Shown here piece after piece: positions 39,300 through 49,553 of a stretch of DNA of 64,000 nt. Every line of letters begins with the position of its first letter. Within the stretch, counting starts at the first letter, position 1. This DNA comes from Deltaproteobacteria bacterium (GTDB lineage: Bacteria > Desulfobacterota > Deferrimicrobia > Deferrimicrobiales > Deferrimicrobiaceae): NCBI GenBank assembly GCA_021815305.1, contig JAKAHC010000004.1, positions 129,343 to 193,342 of the forward strand, written 5' to 3'. Position numbers and translations under genes: made by a program. Below the pieces are notes generated by a model that made no database searches, was not told the origin of the DNA, and was given only the letters and a program-made list of their open reading frames with translations.

Positions 39300-40900
39300 G
39301 CGGTCCGCCCCTTCGGCTCCCCGTACCCGTACGGCCAGTCGGTGACCACCGGGATCTCCGGGAAGTTCTCCGTGATGGGCGGCGAGGAGGTCTGCCACTC
39401 GAGGGTCAGCGCCCTCCACGGGTTCCCCGGCGCAGGCGGTCCCTTCCGGATCCCCTGGAGGAAGTTCCAGAACATCACCAGGATCCCCACGGCGAGGATC
39501 GCGGAGCCGATCGACGAGATCACGTTCTCCACGTGGTACCTGGGGAGATATTCCGCGTAGCGCCGCGGCATGCCCTCGAAGCCGGTGATGAACATCGTGA
39601 AGAAGGTGACGTTGAAACCGAGGAAGACCAGCGCCCAGGCGATCCGCGCCACCTTTTCGTTGAGCATCTTCCCCGTCATCTTGGGGAACCAGTAGTGGAG
39701 GCCCGCGAAGAACCCCATCACCGTGCCGCCCATCATCGTGTAGTGGAAATGCGCCACGACGAAGTACGTGTCGTGGAGCTGCACGTCGGTGGCGAGCGCC
39801 CCGAGGAACGGCCCGGTGAGCCCCCCCACGGCGAACAGGAAGATGAAGGTCAGGGCGTACAGCATCGGGGCCTCGAACGTGATGGACCCCTTGTAGAGCG
39901 TGGCGATCCAGTTGAACACCTTGACCGCCGTGGGAACCGCCACGAAGAAGGTCAGGAAGGAGAAGAACGCGTTCGCCAGCGGGGACATGCCCGAGGTGAA
40001 CATGTGGTGCCCCCACACCAGGAACCCCAGGAAGGCGATGGCCAGGGAGGAGTAGGCGATGGCCTTGTAGCCGAAGATCGGCTTGCGCGAGAAGACCGGG
40101 ATCACTTCCGAGATGATCCCCATCGCGGGGAGGATCATCACGTAGACCACCGGGTGGGAGTAGAACCAGAAGAAGTGCTGGAACAGGACCGGATCCCCTC
40201 CCTTGGACGGGTCGAAGAACGCGACGCCGAAGATGCGCTCCATGGCCAGGAGCAGGAAGGTCACTCCCACCACCGGCGTGGCGATCACCTGGATGATGCT
40301 GGTGGCGTACATCCCCCAGAGGAACAGGGGCATCCGGTGCCACGTCATCCCGGGAGCGCGCATCATGTGGATGGTGACGATGAAGTTGAGCCCCGTGAGG
40401 ATGGACGACATCCCGATGAGGAAGATCCCGAAGGAAAGGGTGGCGACCGCGGCCCCCGTCTTGGCCGAATACGGCGTGTAGAAGGTCCATCCCGTGTCCA
40501 TCGGCGACACGAGGGAGGCGATGACCACCAGGAAACCGGCCACGAAGATCCAGTAACTGGCGAGGTTCAGGCGCGGGAACGCCACGTCGCGCGCGCCGAT
40601 GTGCATCGGGATGAAGAAGTTCCCCAGGCCCGAGGGGATGGCGGGGATGATGAAGAGAAAGATCATCATCGCGCCGTGAAGGGTGAAGAAGACGTTGTAG
40701 GCGTGGTCGCTGAAATATTTCGCCTGGGGGGAAAGGAGCTCCAGCCGCAGCAGCAGGGCGAAGATGCCGCCGATGAAGAAGAAGGCGATCGTCGTGCAGA
40801 GGTACATCACGCCGATCCGCTTGTGGTCCATCGTGTACGCCCAGGATCGCCACCCGCGCTCCTCGAGGTACCCTCTCCCGGTTTCGGGCTCTCCGTTCAC
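39296..40900 (-). CDS. coxA: cytochrome c oxidase subunit I
   Basis: 534 aa; canonical heme-copper oxidase subunit I sequence (WFFGHPEVY-like region, HHMF, conserved His ligands). Confidence 0.93.
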
Positions 40901-40922
40901 GGCCTCCGCCCTTCCCGCCGTC

Positions 40923-41873
40923 TCACTTCAGCGTCTTCAGGTAAGCCACCACCGCGTCGATGTCGTCTTTCGGCAGCGTGGTCTTGTACGTGGGCATCAC
41001 GTTGGGGAACCCTTTCACGATCTTGGCGCCGGGGTCCACGATCGACTCCCTGAGGTAATCCTCGTCGGCCGTCACGGTCTTCCCGCCTTCGAGGAGGACC
41101 TTCCTGCCGTATACCCCCTTCCAGTCGGGACCGACCTTCACCGGACCCTCGATGTTGTGGCAGTTGAGGCAACCCGCGTTCTTCACGATCCGCTCTCCCC
41201 GGACGGCCAGGGGTTCGTGCTCCTTCCCCTCGCCGCCCTCCTTTTCCCCATGGGCCGCCCACTCTGCGTATTCCGCGGGGGGCATCACGATCAGACGCGC
41301 CATCATGTTCGAGTGGCCGGTGCCGCAGTAGACCGTGCAGAAGATCGGATACCGCCCGGGGCGGTCGGGTTGCAGCCGGAGCACGGTCGTCCTGCCGGGG
41401 ATCATGTCCATCTTTCCCCGGAAATCCGGGAAGTAGAACCCGTGGATGACGTCGGAGGCGGAGAGGATGAACTTCACCGGCTTGCCCGCGGGGACGCGGA
41501 TCTCGTTGATCGCCGTCCGCCCGTCCGGGTACTTGATCTCGTACAGCCATTGCCGCCCGTTGACGTACACTTCGACGGCCCCGGCCTCGGGCTCGTGGAG
41601 ATTCGTGTAGACCCTCCAGCCGTAATAGAAGATGACCACGACGACGATCGAGGGGATCAGGATCCAGAAGAACTCCAGGACCCGGTTTTCCGTGATCCGG
41701 GGCGTCTCGTTGTCGCGGTCCGGACTGCGCCGCCGGTACTTCACCGCGAAGTAGATGAGCAGACCCTGGGTGAGGAGAAAGAAGAAAATCCCGATGACGA
41801 GGATCATCAGGAACACGGCGTCGACCTGCGCCGCCTGCCCGGATGCGGCTCCGAGCGCGAAGACCTTCCCCAT
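40923..41873 (-). CDS. coxB: cytochrome c oxidase subunit II with C-terminal cytochrome c domain (caa3 type)
   Basis: CuA motif HGFYFPDF...[12 protein letters not shown] plus C-terminal CLNCH heme c motif. Confidence 0.9.
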   Translation of the reverse strand: MGKVFALGAASGQAAQVDAVFLMILVIGIFFFLLTQGLLIYFAVKYRRRSPDRDNETPRITENRVLEFFWILIPSIVVVVIFYYGWRVYTNLHEPEAGAVEVYVNGRQWLYEIKYPDGRTAINEIRVPAGKPVKFILSASDVIHGFYFPDFRGKMDMIPGRTTVLRLQPDRPGRYPIFCTVYCGTGHSNMMARLIVMPPAEYAEWAAHGEKEGGEGKEHEPLAVRGERIVKNAGCLNCHNIEGPVKVGPDWKGVYGRKVLLEGGKTVTADEDYLRESIVDPGAKIVKGFPNVMPTYKTTLPKDDIDAVVAYLKTLK

Positions 41874-42694
41874 CACGCTCCCTTTCTCCCGGCAGGCCCC
41901 CTCCACCCGCGCTTTCCCCACAGAACGGCGAAAAGCCCCGCCAGGAAGACCAATGTGAACGCGCCGGCCAGCTTCATCACGTTCATGGCGACCAGGGCGT
42001 ACTTCTTCCCCACCGGATCGTAATGGAAGCAGTACAGGAGAATCACGTTCGCCGCGGACGAGGCGCCGATTTTTCCTCCGGACGCCTCCAGAAGGGCCAG
42101 CTTGAAATCCCGGGGGGCGATCTGGAACCCGTACAGGTAGCGGGATACCCTGCCGCCGGGTGCGAGGACGATCTGCACGGAGGGGTGGGCGAACCCCGTC
42201 CCCACCTTCTTGTAGCGGAAACCGACGGTCTCCGTCAGCCGACGGATCGATTCGGCGCCCCCGTACAGGAACGGCCAGCGCGCGTCCGCATCCGAAAGCC
42301 CCGGCACGAGGGCGTGCGTCTCGTTCGCCTTCGCCCGGACGATCTCCGGTATCTCTCCGGGATCGATGCTCACGGTGACGACCCGGTAGTCCTTCGACGG
42401 AGAAAGTCCTTTCACCTGCGTCATCATCGCGGCGAGGCTGCGGAACGTCAAGGGGCACAGCATGGGGCAGGTGTAGTAGTTGAGAGTGAGGATCACCGGG
42501 CCGTCGCGCAGGTAATCCCCCAGCCGGACCGCTTTCCCCGAGGCATCCGTGAACGGAAGGTCCAGGGGGACCTGCGCGCCGGGTTTTTCGTCCACACCGA
42601 TCTCGTGCAGGATGGCGTCCTGGGGGTCCGCCGCGAATCCCCCCGCGGGCGGGACCGCCAGCAGCAGGAGGAGGAGAAGGGAGATTCGCTTCAC
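41873..42694 (-). CDS. sco: SCO1/SenC copper chaperone family protein
   Basis: GTG start giving signal/TM MKRISLLLLLLLAVPPAGG; thioredoxin-like LTLNYYTCPMLCP CxxxC motif; C-terminal TM; 1-nt stop/start overlap with coxB. Confidence 0.75.
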   Translation of the reverse strand: MKRISLLLLLLLAVPPAGGFAADPQDAILHEIGVDEKPGAQVPLDLPFTDASGKAVRLGDYLRDGPVILTLNYYTCPMLCPLTFRSLAAMMTQVKGLSPSKDYRVVTVSIDPGEIPEIVRAKANETHALVPGLSDADARWPFLYGGAESIRRLTETVGFRYKKVGTGFAHPSVQIVLAPGGRVSRYLYGFQIAPRDFKLALLEASGGKIGASSAANVILLYCFHYDPVGKKYALVAMNVMKLAGAFTLVFLAGLFAVLWGKRGWRGPAGRKGA

Positions 42695-42704
42695 GGCAGG
42701 ACCC

Positions 42705-44105
42705 TCACACCGGGAGCGGCTTGCCGGGAGACGGAACCTGCGCGCTCCACCCCAGCTTCCCGCGAAGCGTCCCGGCGAATTCGAGGGAGACGGACTCCTC
42801 GCCGTGGGCCACGAAGACGTTCCCCGGGGGCGCCTCGAATCTCCCCGCCCACGCAAGGAGATCTTCCCGGTCGGCGTGGGCCGACAGCCCGCCGATCGTG
42901 TACACGTCCGAGGCGACGGTGACGTCCTCCCCCAGCACGCGGACCCGCTTCGCCCCTTCGACGATCTTTCTCCCCAGCGTCCCCTGCGCCTGGAACCCCA
43001 CGATGACGACGCTGCACTCCTTCCGCCAAAGGTTGTGCTTCAGGTGGTGCTTGATCCTTCCCGCGTCGCACATCCCGCTGCCGGCCATGATGATCCCCCC
43101 GCCCCGGATCGAGTTCAGCGCCTGCGACTCCTCCGGGTTCTTCACCATGACGATCCTGAGCGCGTCCGGGTGCGCCTCCGTCCACGCGTAGAGCGCGCGG
43201 GTCTCCTCGTCGAAGCACTCGGGATGGCGAAGGGTGATCCGCGTCGCCTCCGAGGCAAGCGGCGAATCGATGTAGACCGTGATCCCCGCCAGGCGGCCCT
43301 TTCGGGTCAGGTCGGCGAGCAGGTAGAGGATGTCCTGGGCCCGGCCCACGGCAAAGGAAGGGATGATGACGTTCCCGCCCTTCCGGCGCAGGGTGTCGTC
43401 CACGGCGTGGAAGAACTCCTCGACGCTCTCCTGCATCCCCTTGTGGACCCGGTTCCCGTAGGTGGACTCGATGACGAGGGCGTCCGCGCCCGGCACGGGC
43501 GTCGGGTCCCGCACGATCGGCAACCCCCGGTGTCCGAGGTCCCCGGAAAACACCAGACGCTTCCCCTTCCCCCCGTCCTGGACGGTCACCTCGGCGATCG
43601 CCGATCCCAGGATGTGCCCGGCGTCGAGGAACCGCGCGGAGACCGCCGGAGCCGGCGAAAAGGGCTCGCCGTACCGGACGGAAAAGAGGCGCGGGAGGAC
43701 CGCCCTCGCGTCCTCTTCCGTGTAGAGGGGCGTGACCCCCCGTTTCCCGCCGCGCATCCGTTTCCGGCTCTGCCACTCGGCCTCCCTTTCCTGGATGTGT
43801 CCCGAGTCCGGGAGCATCACGGACAGAAGGTCCGCCGTCGCGGAGGTGCAGTACACCGGGCCGGGGAACCCGTCGCGGACCAGTTTGGGGAGGAGACCCG
43901 TGTGATCGATGTGGGCGTGCGTGCACAGGACGAAGTCGATCGATTCCGGCGGGACCGGCATCCGGCGCGCGTTCTTCCGGTCGCTCTCTCCCCCGCCCTG
44001 GAACATGCCGCAATCCACGAGGAAGCGGGCGCTCTCGGACCGGACGAGGATGCAGGACCCCGTGACTTCCCGCGCTCCGCCGAGGAAGGTCAGCGATACG
44101 CTCAC
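42705..44105 (-). CDS. MBL-fold metallo-hydrolase, beta-CASP RNA-metabolising family
   Basis: GTG start (MSVSLTFLGGAREVTGS); HxHxDH motif CTHAHIDHTG; beta-CASP and C-terminal RNA-specificity domain. Confidence 0.8.
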   Translation of the reverse strand: MSVSLTFLGGAREVTGSCILVRSESARFLVDCGMFQGGGESDRKNARRMPVPPESIDFVLCTHAHIDHTGLLPKLVRDGFPGPVYCTSATADLLSVMLPDSGHIQEREAEWQSRKRMRGGKRGVTPLYTEEDARAVLPRLFSVRYGEPFSPAPAVSARFLDAGHILGSAIAEVTVQDGGKGKRLVFSGDLGHRGLPIVRDPTPVPGADALVIESTYGNRVHKGMQESVEEFFHAVDDTLRRKGGNVIIPSFAVGRAQDILYLLADLTRKGRLAGITVYIDSPLASEATRITLRHPECFDEETRALYAWTEAHPDALRIVMVKNPEESQALNSIRGGGIIMAGSGMCDAGRIKHHLKHNLWRKECSVVIVGFQAQGTLGRKIVEGAKRVRVLGEDVTVASDVYTIGGLSAHADREDLLAWAGRFEAPPGNVFVAHGEESVSLEFAGTLRGKLGWSAQVPSPGKPLPV

Positions 44106-44428
44106 GGGACCGCCCGCGTCAGAATCCAGGAAACCAGGGAAAGGAGGATCGAGCCGACCACGGCGCCCAGGAAGCCGTGCACGTGGAAACCGCGCACGAA
44201 TGCCGAAACCATCCACAGGAGGAGCCCGTTGATCACCAGGAGGAATACGCCCAGCGTGAGCACCGTGAGGGGAAGGGTCAGGAGCACGAACAGGGGGCGG
44301 ACGACGGCGTTGAACAACCCCAGGACGAAGGCCGCGGCGAGGGCCGCCATGACCCCGTCGACCGAGACGACCTGCGGCAACAGGTACCCGACAAGGAGGA
44401 TCGCGACGGCATTGGCGACCATGCGCAT
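44102..44428 (-). CDS. DUF360 (phage holin 4_2 superfamily) small membrane protein
   Basis: 108 aa, 3-4 TM helices (MRMVANAVAILLVGYLL...); overlaps the MBL start. Confidence 0.65.
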   Translation of the reverse strand: MRMVANAVAILLVGYLLPQVVSVDGVMAALAAAFVLGLFNAVVRPLFVLLTLPLTVLTLGVFLLVINGLLLWMVSAFVRGFHVHGFLGAVVGSILLSLVSWILTRAVP

Positions 44429-44538
44429 CAGGAACGGCACGTCGACCTCCCTTCCCTCGGCAAAGCTCACGGCAAGTATACTCCGCCGCGCGGAAAAAAC
44501 ACCCGGATCTCCGCACCGGCCCGCGGCGCGGGCAGGGA

Positions 44539-45789
44539 TCACCGGGCCTTGGGCTTCGGCATCCGGAAGAACGTAAGCGGCACGACCTTCCGCTCCCCGT
44601 TGCGCAGGATCGTCACCTTCGCGGTGTCCCCTTCCCGCTTCTTCCCCACCAGATACAGCACGTCGGTGGTGTCCATGACGCGCTTCCCGTCGAAGGCCAC
44701 AAGCTCGTCCCCCTTCGCAATCCCCGCCGCATCCGCCGGGGAGCCCTTGGCCACCGACGCCACGAGGAGCCGGCCTCCCTTCTCCTCCATCCGGATGCCC
44801 ATCCGGACCTTCTTCCCCTCCAGGCTCTCGAAGGGGACGCACCAGCGGAAGTCGGCGGGCAGCAGCGGGAGCTCCGGCAGATCGACGTCCATCCGGCGCC
44901 CCTCCTTCTGTTCCGGCGTGCTGATCTCCTTCGTCAGGAGGATCGCATACGGCATCGGCATGCGGCGGATCACCTTCTTGGGGAGTCCGAAGCCATACTC
45001 AACGTGCCACCCGCCGGTGATCGTCACCATGTGCTTCCCTTCCCCGCGCGGGCTTCGCAGGTAATCGACCACCTGTTGCGCCATCGTCTCCTCCCAGAGG
45101 AGCTGCACGCGGAGAAAGGAATCGAACCCCGCCTCCCCCCCCGAGTGGCCCTCGTGCCCGGCGAAAACCGCCCTCAGCACTTCCCTCTGGTAGGGGTCGG
45201 GTTCGCCGATCGCGGGAAGCTTCCTCGCCTCATCCGCGGGGAGGTTGTCCACCCCGAAGCGGCTGACTTCGTCCTGCAGCTTCCGGGGAGGATCCAGAGC
45301 GATCACGTCGATGCCTTTCTCCCGCGCGAAGAGGAGGATGTCGCGGTATGCGGAGAAATCGTACCCCCACGTCTCGTACCATTTCGATTCCTTGAGGAAT
45401 TCGAGCTCCGTGAGCTCCCCCTTCACCCACCGGTCCAGCGCTCCCTGCTGCGGCGTGCGGAACATCTCCATCCCGATGGCCACCTTGCCGGGGAACCTGC
45501 GGTACATCTCCCGGATCACGGCCAGCTCCACCCGCTTGTCGCTTTGGTTGTCGTGCGTCTCCCCCACGCACACCAGGCGCGCCCCGGCGAGCATGTCCAT
45601 CAGCCCCGCCTCGGAGATCCGGAGCCCGGTCGGCATGTGGTAGATGTCCCCCGCCCTCAGCCCTCCCTTGGGGGGGTACGGATCTTCCGGGTCCCCGGTC
45701 ACCACCGCCCGGTTCGCGACGCAGCCTGCGAGGAGCAATGCCCCCGCCAGCCCGATGGGCCACAGGATGTTCCCGCGCAAACGCCTCAC
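44539..45789 (-). CDS. ChaN-family lipoprotein with C-terminal PDZ domain
   Basis: GTG start (GTGA overlap with mlaC stop); signal/lipobox ILWPIGLAGALLLAGC; ChaN-like haem-binding/Tiki fold region; C-terminal PDZ (GIRMEEKGGRLLVASVAKGSPADAAGI). Confidence 0.7.
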   Translation of the reverse strand: MRRLRGNILWPIGLAGALLLAGCVANRAVVTGDPEDPYPPKGGLRAGDIYHMPTGLRISEAGLMDMLAGARLVCVGETHDNQSDKRVELAVIREMYRRFPGKVAIGMEMFRTPQQGALDRWVKGELTELEFLKESKWYETWGYDFSAYRDILLFAREKGIDVIALDPPRKLQDEVSRFGVDNLPADEARKLPAIGEPDPYQREVLRAVFAGHEGHSGGEAGFDSFLRVQLLWEETMAQQVVDYLRSPRGEGKHMVTITGGWHVEYGFGLPKKVIRRMPMPYAILLTKEISTPEQKEGRRMDVDLPELPLLPADFRWCVPFESLEGKKVRMGIRMEEKGGRLLVASVAKGSPADAAGIAKGDELVAFDGKRVMDTTDVLYLVGKKREGDTAKVTILRNGERKVVPLTFFRMPKPKAR

Positions 45790-46406
45790 CCCTTCTCCAG
45801 GCGGTTGACGGTCGCCTTGAGCTTCCGGATCAGCTCCGGGAAGGAATTCCGCTCGAGAATGCTCGAGAACTGCGACCGGTAGTTGTTGACCAGGCTGATC
45901 CCTTCGATCACGACGTCGTAGATCTTCCAACGGGTGCCTTCCCGGAGGAGGAGATAGTTCACCGGGATCTCCTGCCCCTTCGCCGTGACGACGTTGGTGC
46001 GAACCACCGCGTACGGGGGGTCCACCGTCTCCCTGCCGTAGAGGATCTTCTCTCCGTGGTACGACTCGATCTTTCCTGCGTAGGAATTCTCGAGGACCTG
46101 CTCGTAGAGGCGGGTGAATTCCTCCTTCTCCGCCGGGGTGCGGTTTCTCCAGTGGATGGCGAGGGAGCGCTTCGCCATCTCCCGGAAATCGAAGTAGGGG
46201 GCCACCGCCTGCCGGAGCTGGGCGCGCCGTTCCCCCGTCTTTCCTTTCCCCTGGAGCTTCGGATCCTGGACCACCGAGATCCCCTTCTCGATCGCCGCCC
46301 GGATCTGGTCGGTCGGATCCCCCGCCCGCGCCGTGGCGGGCATGGCGATGAGCGCCAGGAAGACCGCGGCGCCCAGCCGAATCGTCCACCCTCTTCCGGA
46401 ACCCAT
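45786..46406 (-). CDS. mlaC: phospholipid-binding periplasmic protein MlaC (Ttg2D family)
   Basis: Signal peptide then MlaC-like sequence (AIEKGISVVQDP..., APYFDFREMAKRSL). Confidence 0.8.
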   Translation of the reverse strand: MGSGRGWTIRLGAAVFLALIAMPATARAGDPTDQIRAAIEKGISVVQDPKLQGKGKTGERRAQLRQAVAPYFDFREMAKRSLAIHWRNRTPAEKEEFTRLYEQVLENSYAGKIESYHGEKILYGRETVDPPYAVVRTNVVTAKGQEIPVNYLLLREGTRWKIYDVVIEGISLVNNYRSQFSSILERNSFPELIRKLKATVNRLEKG

Positions 46407-46429
46407 CGTTTCCCTCCTGGACCGCCGCC

Positions 46430-46873
46430 TCATTGCGCGCTGCCGTGGATGAACTGTCCCAGCAGCCCCTCGAGGTCCACCGCCGCCTCGGTCTGCCGGA
46501 TCCTGCCCCCCGGCGGGATCATCTTCTCCGACGCCCCGGGGGAGAGGCTGATGTACACGTCCCCGATGAGGCCCCGGGTCTTGACCGACGCGATCGTGTC
46601 CTCCGGCAGCCCGATCCCTTTCCGGATCCGCATGAGGACGACCGCCTGGTAATCCTTGACCGAGATGGATTCGACCCTCCCCACCGGCACCCCGGCGATC
46701 TCCACGTCGGTTCCCGCCGTAAGTCCCGTCACCGAACTGAACCGGGCGGTCACCGGCACGCTGTTACCCCCGATCAGGTCGAGCTTCCCCAGGCGGAAGG
46801 AGAGGTACGCAAGGCAGAAGACTCCCGCAATGAGGAACAGTCCGACTGCCGTGTCCAGGTATGCGCGTCGCAT
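46430..46873 (-). CDS. mlaD: MCE-domain protein MlaD
   Basis: N-terminal TM anchor plus MCE domain. Confidence 0.85.
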   Translation of the reverse strand: MRRAYLDTAVGLFLIAGVFCLAYLSFRLGKLDLIGGNSVPVTARFSSVTGLTAGTDVEIAGVPVGRVESISVKDYQAVVLMRIRKGIGLPEDTIASVKTRGLIGDVYISLSPGASEKMIPPGGRIRQTEAAVDLEGLLGQFIHGSAQ

Positions 46874-46882
46874 GCGGCCTCC

Positions 46883-47698
46883 TTACATCAGTTGGACCGG
46901 CCCGTGGATGTCCCCTTCCACAAGCTGGCGGACGAAGGGGTTGGTCGAATTCCTCACGGCCTCGGGGGAACCGGCCTCGATCACCTTCCCTCCGTGCACC
47001 ACCACCACGTGGTGGCACCAGTGGAAGATGTCCGGTATGTCGTGGCTGATCATCACCATCGTGAACTTGTGGTCCTGGTAGGTCCTGCAGATGAGGTTGA
47101 GGATGGAGTTCCGGATGATCGGGTCCAGGCCGGTCGTGGGTTCGTCCAGGAGGATGATCTCGGGATCCATCACCATGGCCCGGGCGAGCGCCACGCGCCG
47201 CACCATCCCCCCGCTGAGTTCGTCGGGGAACTTCTCTTCCGAACCTTCCAGCCCCACCTTCCGGAGGATGACCCGGACCCGTTCCCGGATCCCGGTCTCG
47301 TCCAGGTTCGTCTTCTCGCGGAGGGGGAACGCGACGTTCTCGAACACGTCCAGGGAGTCGAACAGCGCCCCGGACTGGAAGAGCATGCCGAACCGTTTCC
47401 GGACTTCGAACAGCTCTTTCCGGGAGTATTTCATCAGGTCCGCCCCGTCGAGCAGCACCCGGCCCCGATCGGGCTTCATCAGGCCGATCATGTGCCTGAG
47501 CAGCACGCTTTTCCCGGCTCCGCTGAGGCCGATGATCGCGGTGATCCGGTTCCGCGGGACGTCGAGATCAATGTGGTCGAGCACCTTCTTCCCTTCCAGG
47601 ACCGTTTCGACCCCCTCCAGGCGCAGGATCGGCTCGCCCTCCGGATCCCCGGGAGGACCGACGGAACAAGGTTCGCAGGGGATGCCGGGATCGCTCAC
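46883..47698 (-). CDS. mlaF: ABC transporter ATP-binding protein MlaF
   Basis: Walker A GLSGAGKS, ABC signature LSGGMVRRVALARA, Walker B ILLDEPTTGLD; GTG start overlapping mlaE stop (GTGA); N-terminal extent uncertain. Confidence 0.85.
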   Translation of the reverse strand: MSDPGIPCEPCSVGPPGDPEGEPILRLEGVETVLEGKKVLDHIDLDVPRNRITAIIGLSGAGKSVLLRHMIGLMKPDRGRVLLDGADLMKYSRKELFEVRKRFGMLFQSGALFDSLDVFENVAFPLREKTNLDETGIRERVRVILRKVGLEGSEEKFPDELSGGMVRRVALARAMVMDPEIILLDEPTTGLDPIIRNSILNLICRTYQDHKFTMVMISHDIPDIFHWCHHVVVVHGGKVIEAGSPEAVRNSTNPFVRQLVEGDIHGPVQLM

Positions 47699-48525
47699 AG
47701 CAGCACCGAGGTGAGGACGTAGTCGCCGACCAGCACCAGCACCGAGGAGATGACGACCGCCGAAGTGGTCGCCCGGCTCACGCCCTCCGCCCCCCGTTCC
47801 GTGAAAAACCCCTTGAACGTGCACACCCACACGATCAACAGGGAGAAGGCGATGGATTTCCAGACGCCGTTGATCACGTCGACCAGTTCGACGCTGCTTC
47901 TCATGTGCCCGAAATACTGCCCCGGATCGAGCCCCAGGAGCTTCACCCCGACGAGGTACCCGCCGTAGATTCCGACGACGTCGAAGATCGCCGTGAGCAG
48001 GGGGACCGATACCAGGGCCGCAACGAACCTCGGGGCCACGAGGAACCGGACCGGGTCGATCCCCATCGTTTCCAGGGAATCGATCTGCTCGCCGATCCGC
48101 ATGATCCCGATCTCCGCCGTCAGGGCCGAGCCGGCGCGTCCGGTGACCATCAGGGCGGTGAGGACCGGCCCCAGTTCCCGGATCAGGGACAGCGCGACCA
48201 CGGCTCCGAGAAGTCCCTCGGAACCGAACTTCCGGAGAGTGTAGTATCCCTGCAGCGAAAGGACCATGCCCGTGAAGGCGGCGGTCAGCACGATGACGAA
48301 GAGCGACTTTACGCCGATGAAGTGGATCTGCTTCACGATTTCCCGCCCCCGGTACGGCGGGACCACCGCGTTCCGCACCGCGGACGAGAGGAAAACGCCC
48401 GTCCGGCCGAGCCGGCGCGTCGCCCCGAGCGCCTTGCCTCCCAACCACTCCGCCACCCTGAACAGCATGCCCTGCCCTCCTTGGAAAAGCCCCCAGCCCT
48501 TCCGTGCCTCCCTTATAGATAGCAC
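47695..48525 (-). CDS. mlaE: ABC transporter permease MlaE
   Basis: 276-aa polytopic permease of the MlaE/Ttg2B family. Confidence 0.88.
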   Translation of the reverse strand: MLSIREARKGWGLFQGGQGMLFRVAEWLGGKALGATRRLGRTGVFLSSAVRNAVVPPYRGREIVKQIHFIGVKSLFVIVLTAAFTGMVLSLQGYYTLRKFGSEGLLGAVVALSLIRELGPVLTALMVTGRAGSALTAEIGIMRIGEQIDSLETMGIDPVRFLVAPRFVAALVSVPLLTAIFDVVGIYGGYLVGVKLLGLDPGQYFGHMRSSVELVDVINGVWKSIAFSLLIVWVCTFKGFFTERGAEGVSRATTSAVVISSVLVLVGDYVLTSVLL

Positions 48526-48613
48526 GGGGCGGCGAACAGTTGCTTTTTCTTGAATCGGCGGGAAGCCTTGCGGAAACTAAGGAACGGGAAGATCAGGAGG
48601 AGGGGGAACCGGG

Positions 48614-49381
48614 GTGATGCGCCGTTGGACCGCCGCCTGGCTCGCCGCCGGGTTGCTCTTCGGGATCTCGGGGATCGCGGTCGGGGGACCGGGAAATCCC
48701 TCCGATAACGTTGCCGCGCCAGCCGGACAGGAATCACCCCTCGATTCGGGGGTCGTGGAGCAACCCCCCGCGGTGAAGATCGCCGACCCGATCGAACCGG
48801 TCAACCGGGCGATCTTCGTGTTCAACGACAGGGCTTACTACTGGTTCCTCAAGCCTGTGGCGAAGGGATACGATTACGTCGTTCCGCAGAGCGTGCGCGT
48901 CGCGGTGCGCAACTTTTTCCTGAACCTCGCCACTCCCATCCGGGTCGCGAACAACCTCCTCCAGGGGAATCTCCGCGCGACAGGCACGGAGCTTGCGCGG
49001 TTCACGATCAATTCCACGATCGGCATGGCGGGGTTCTTCGATCCCGCGCACGACGGTTTCCACCTGGACAGGAAAGATGCGGACCTGGGACAGACCCTGG
49101 GGAAATACGGCCTGGGGCAGGGGATGTACCTCGTCCTGCCGATCCTCGGTCCCACGACCCTGCGGGACGGAGCCGGGCGCGCAGGAGACACCTTCCTCGA
49201 CCCGATCAGCTACCTCCAGCCGACCGAAGCGGCGGTCGGCGTCGACGCGTACAAGATGGAGAACAACCTGTCGCTGCGGATCGGGGAATACGAGGATCTC
49301 ACCGAACCGGCGCTGGACCCCTACATCGCCGTGCGGGATGCGTACGCGCAGAACCGCGCCCGCAGCGTGCGGGGGAAATAG
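48614..49381 (+). CDS. mlaA: outer-membrane lipoprotein MlaA (VacJ)
   Basis: Signal peptide then VacJ family core ([38 protein letters not shown]). Confidence 0.88.
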   Translation: MMRRWTAAWLAAGLLFGISGIAVGGPGNPSDNVAAPAGQESPLDSGVVEQPPAVKIADPIEPVNRAIFVFNDRAYYWFLKPVAKGYDYVVPQSVRVAVRNFFLNLATPIRVANNLLQGNLRATGTELARFTINSTIGMAGFFDPAHDGFHLDRKDADLGQTLGKYGLGQGMYLVLPILGPTTLRDGAGRAGDTFLDPISYLQPTEAAVGVDAYKMENNLSLRIGEYEDLTEPALDPYIAVRDAYAQNRARSVRGK

Positions 49382-49399
49382 CCCCCCTCCAGCACCCGG

Positions 49400-49553
49400 C
49401 GGTGGTGGAATCCGCGAACACGTGAAGAAGGTGACCGCGCCGTACAAGTACCCCAGGGACATCGCCTTCGTGGACGAACTCCCCAAGGCCGCATCGGGGA
49501 AGATCCGCCGGGTCGAACTGCGCGCCCAGGAGCGGAAGAAAGGCAAGGAATGA
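49400..49553 (+). pseudogene. C-terminal remnant of an AMP-dependent synthetase/ligase (acyl-CoA synthetase) gene
   Basis: Last about 45 codons read ...[40 protein letters not shown], the conserved AMP-binding C-terminal motif (...YK.P..I.FVDELPKT.SGKI.R..LR); no N-terminal 500 aa present; ATGA-coupled to the downstream HAD gene. Confidence 0.5.
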
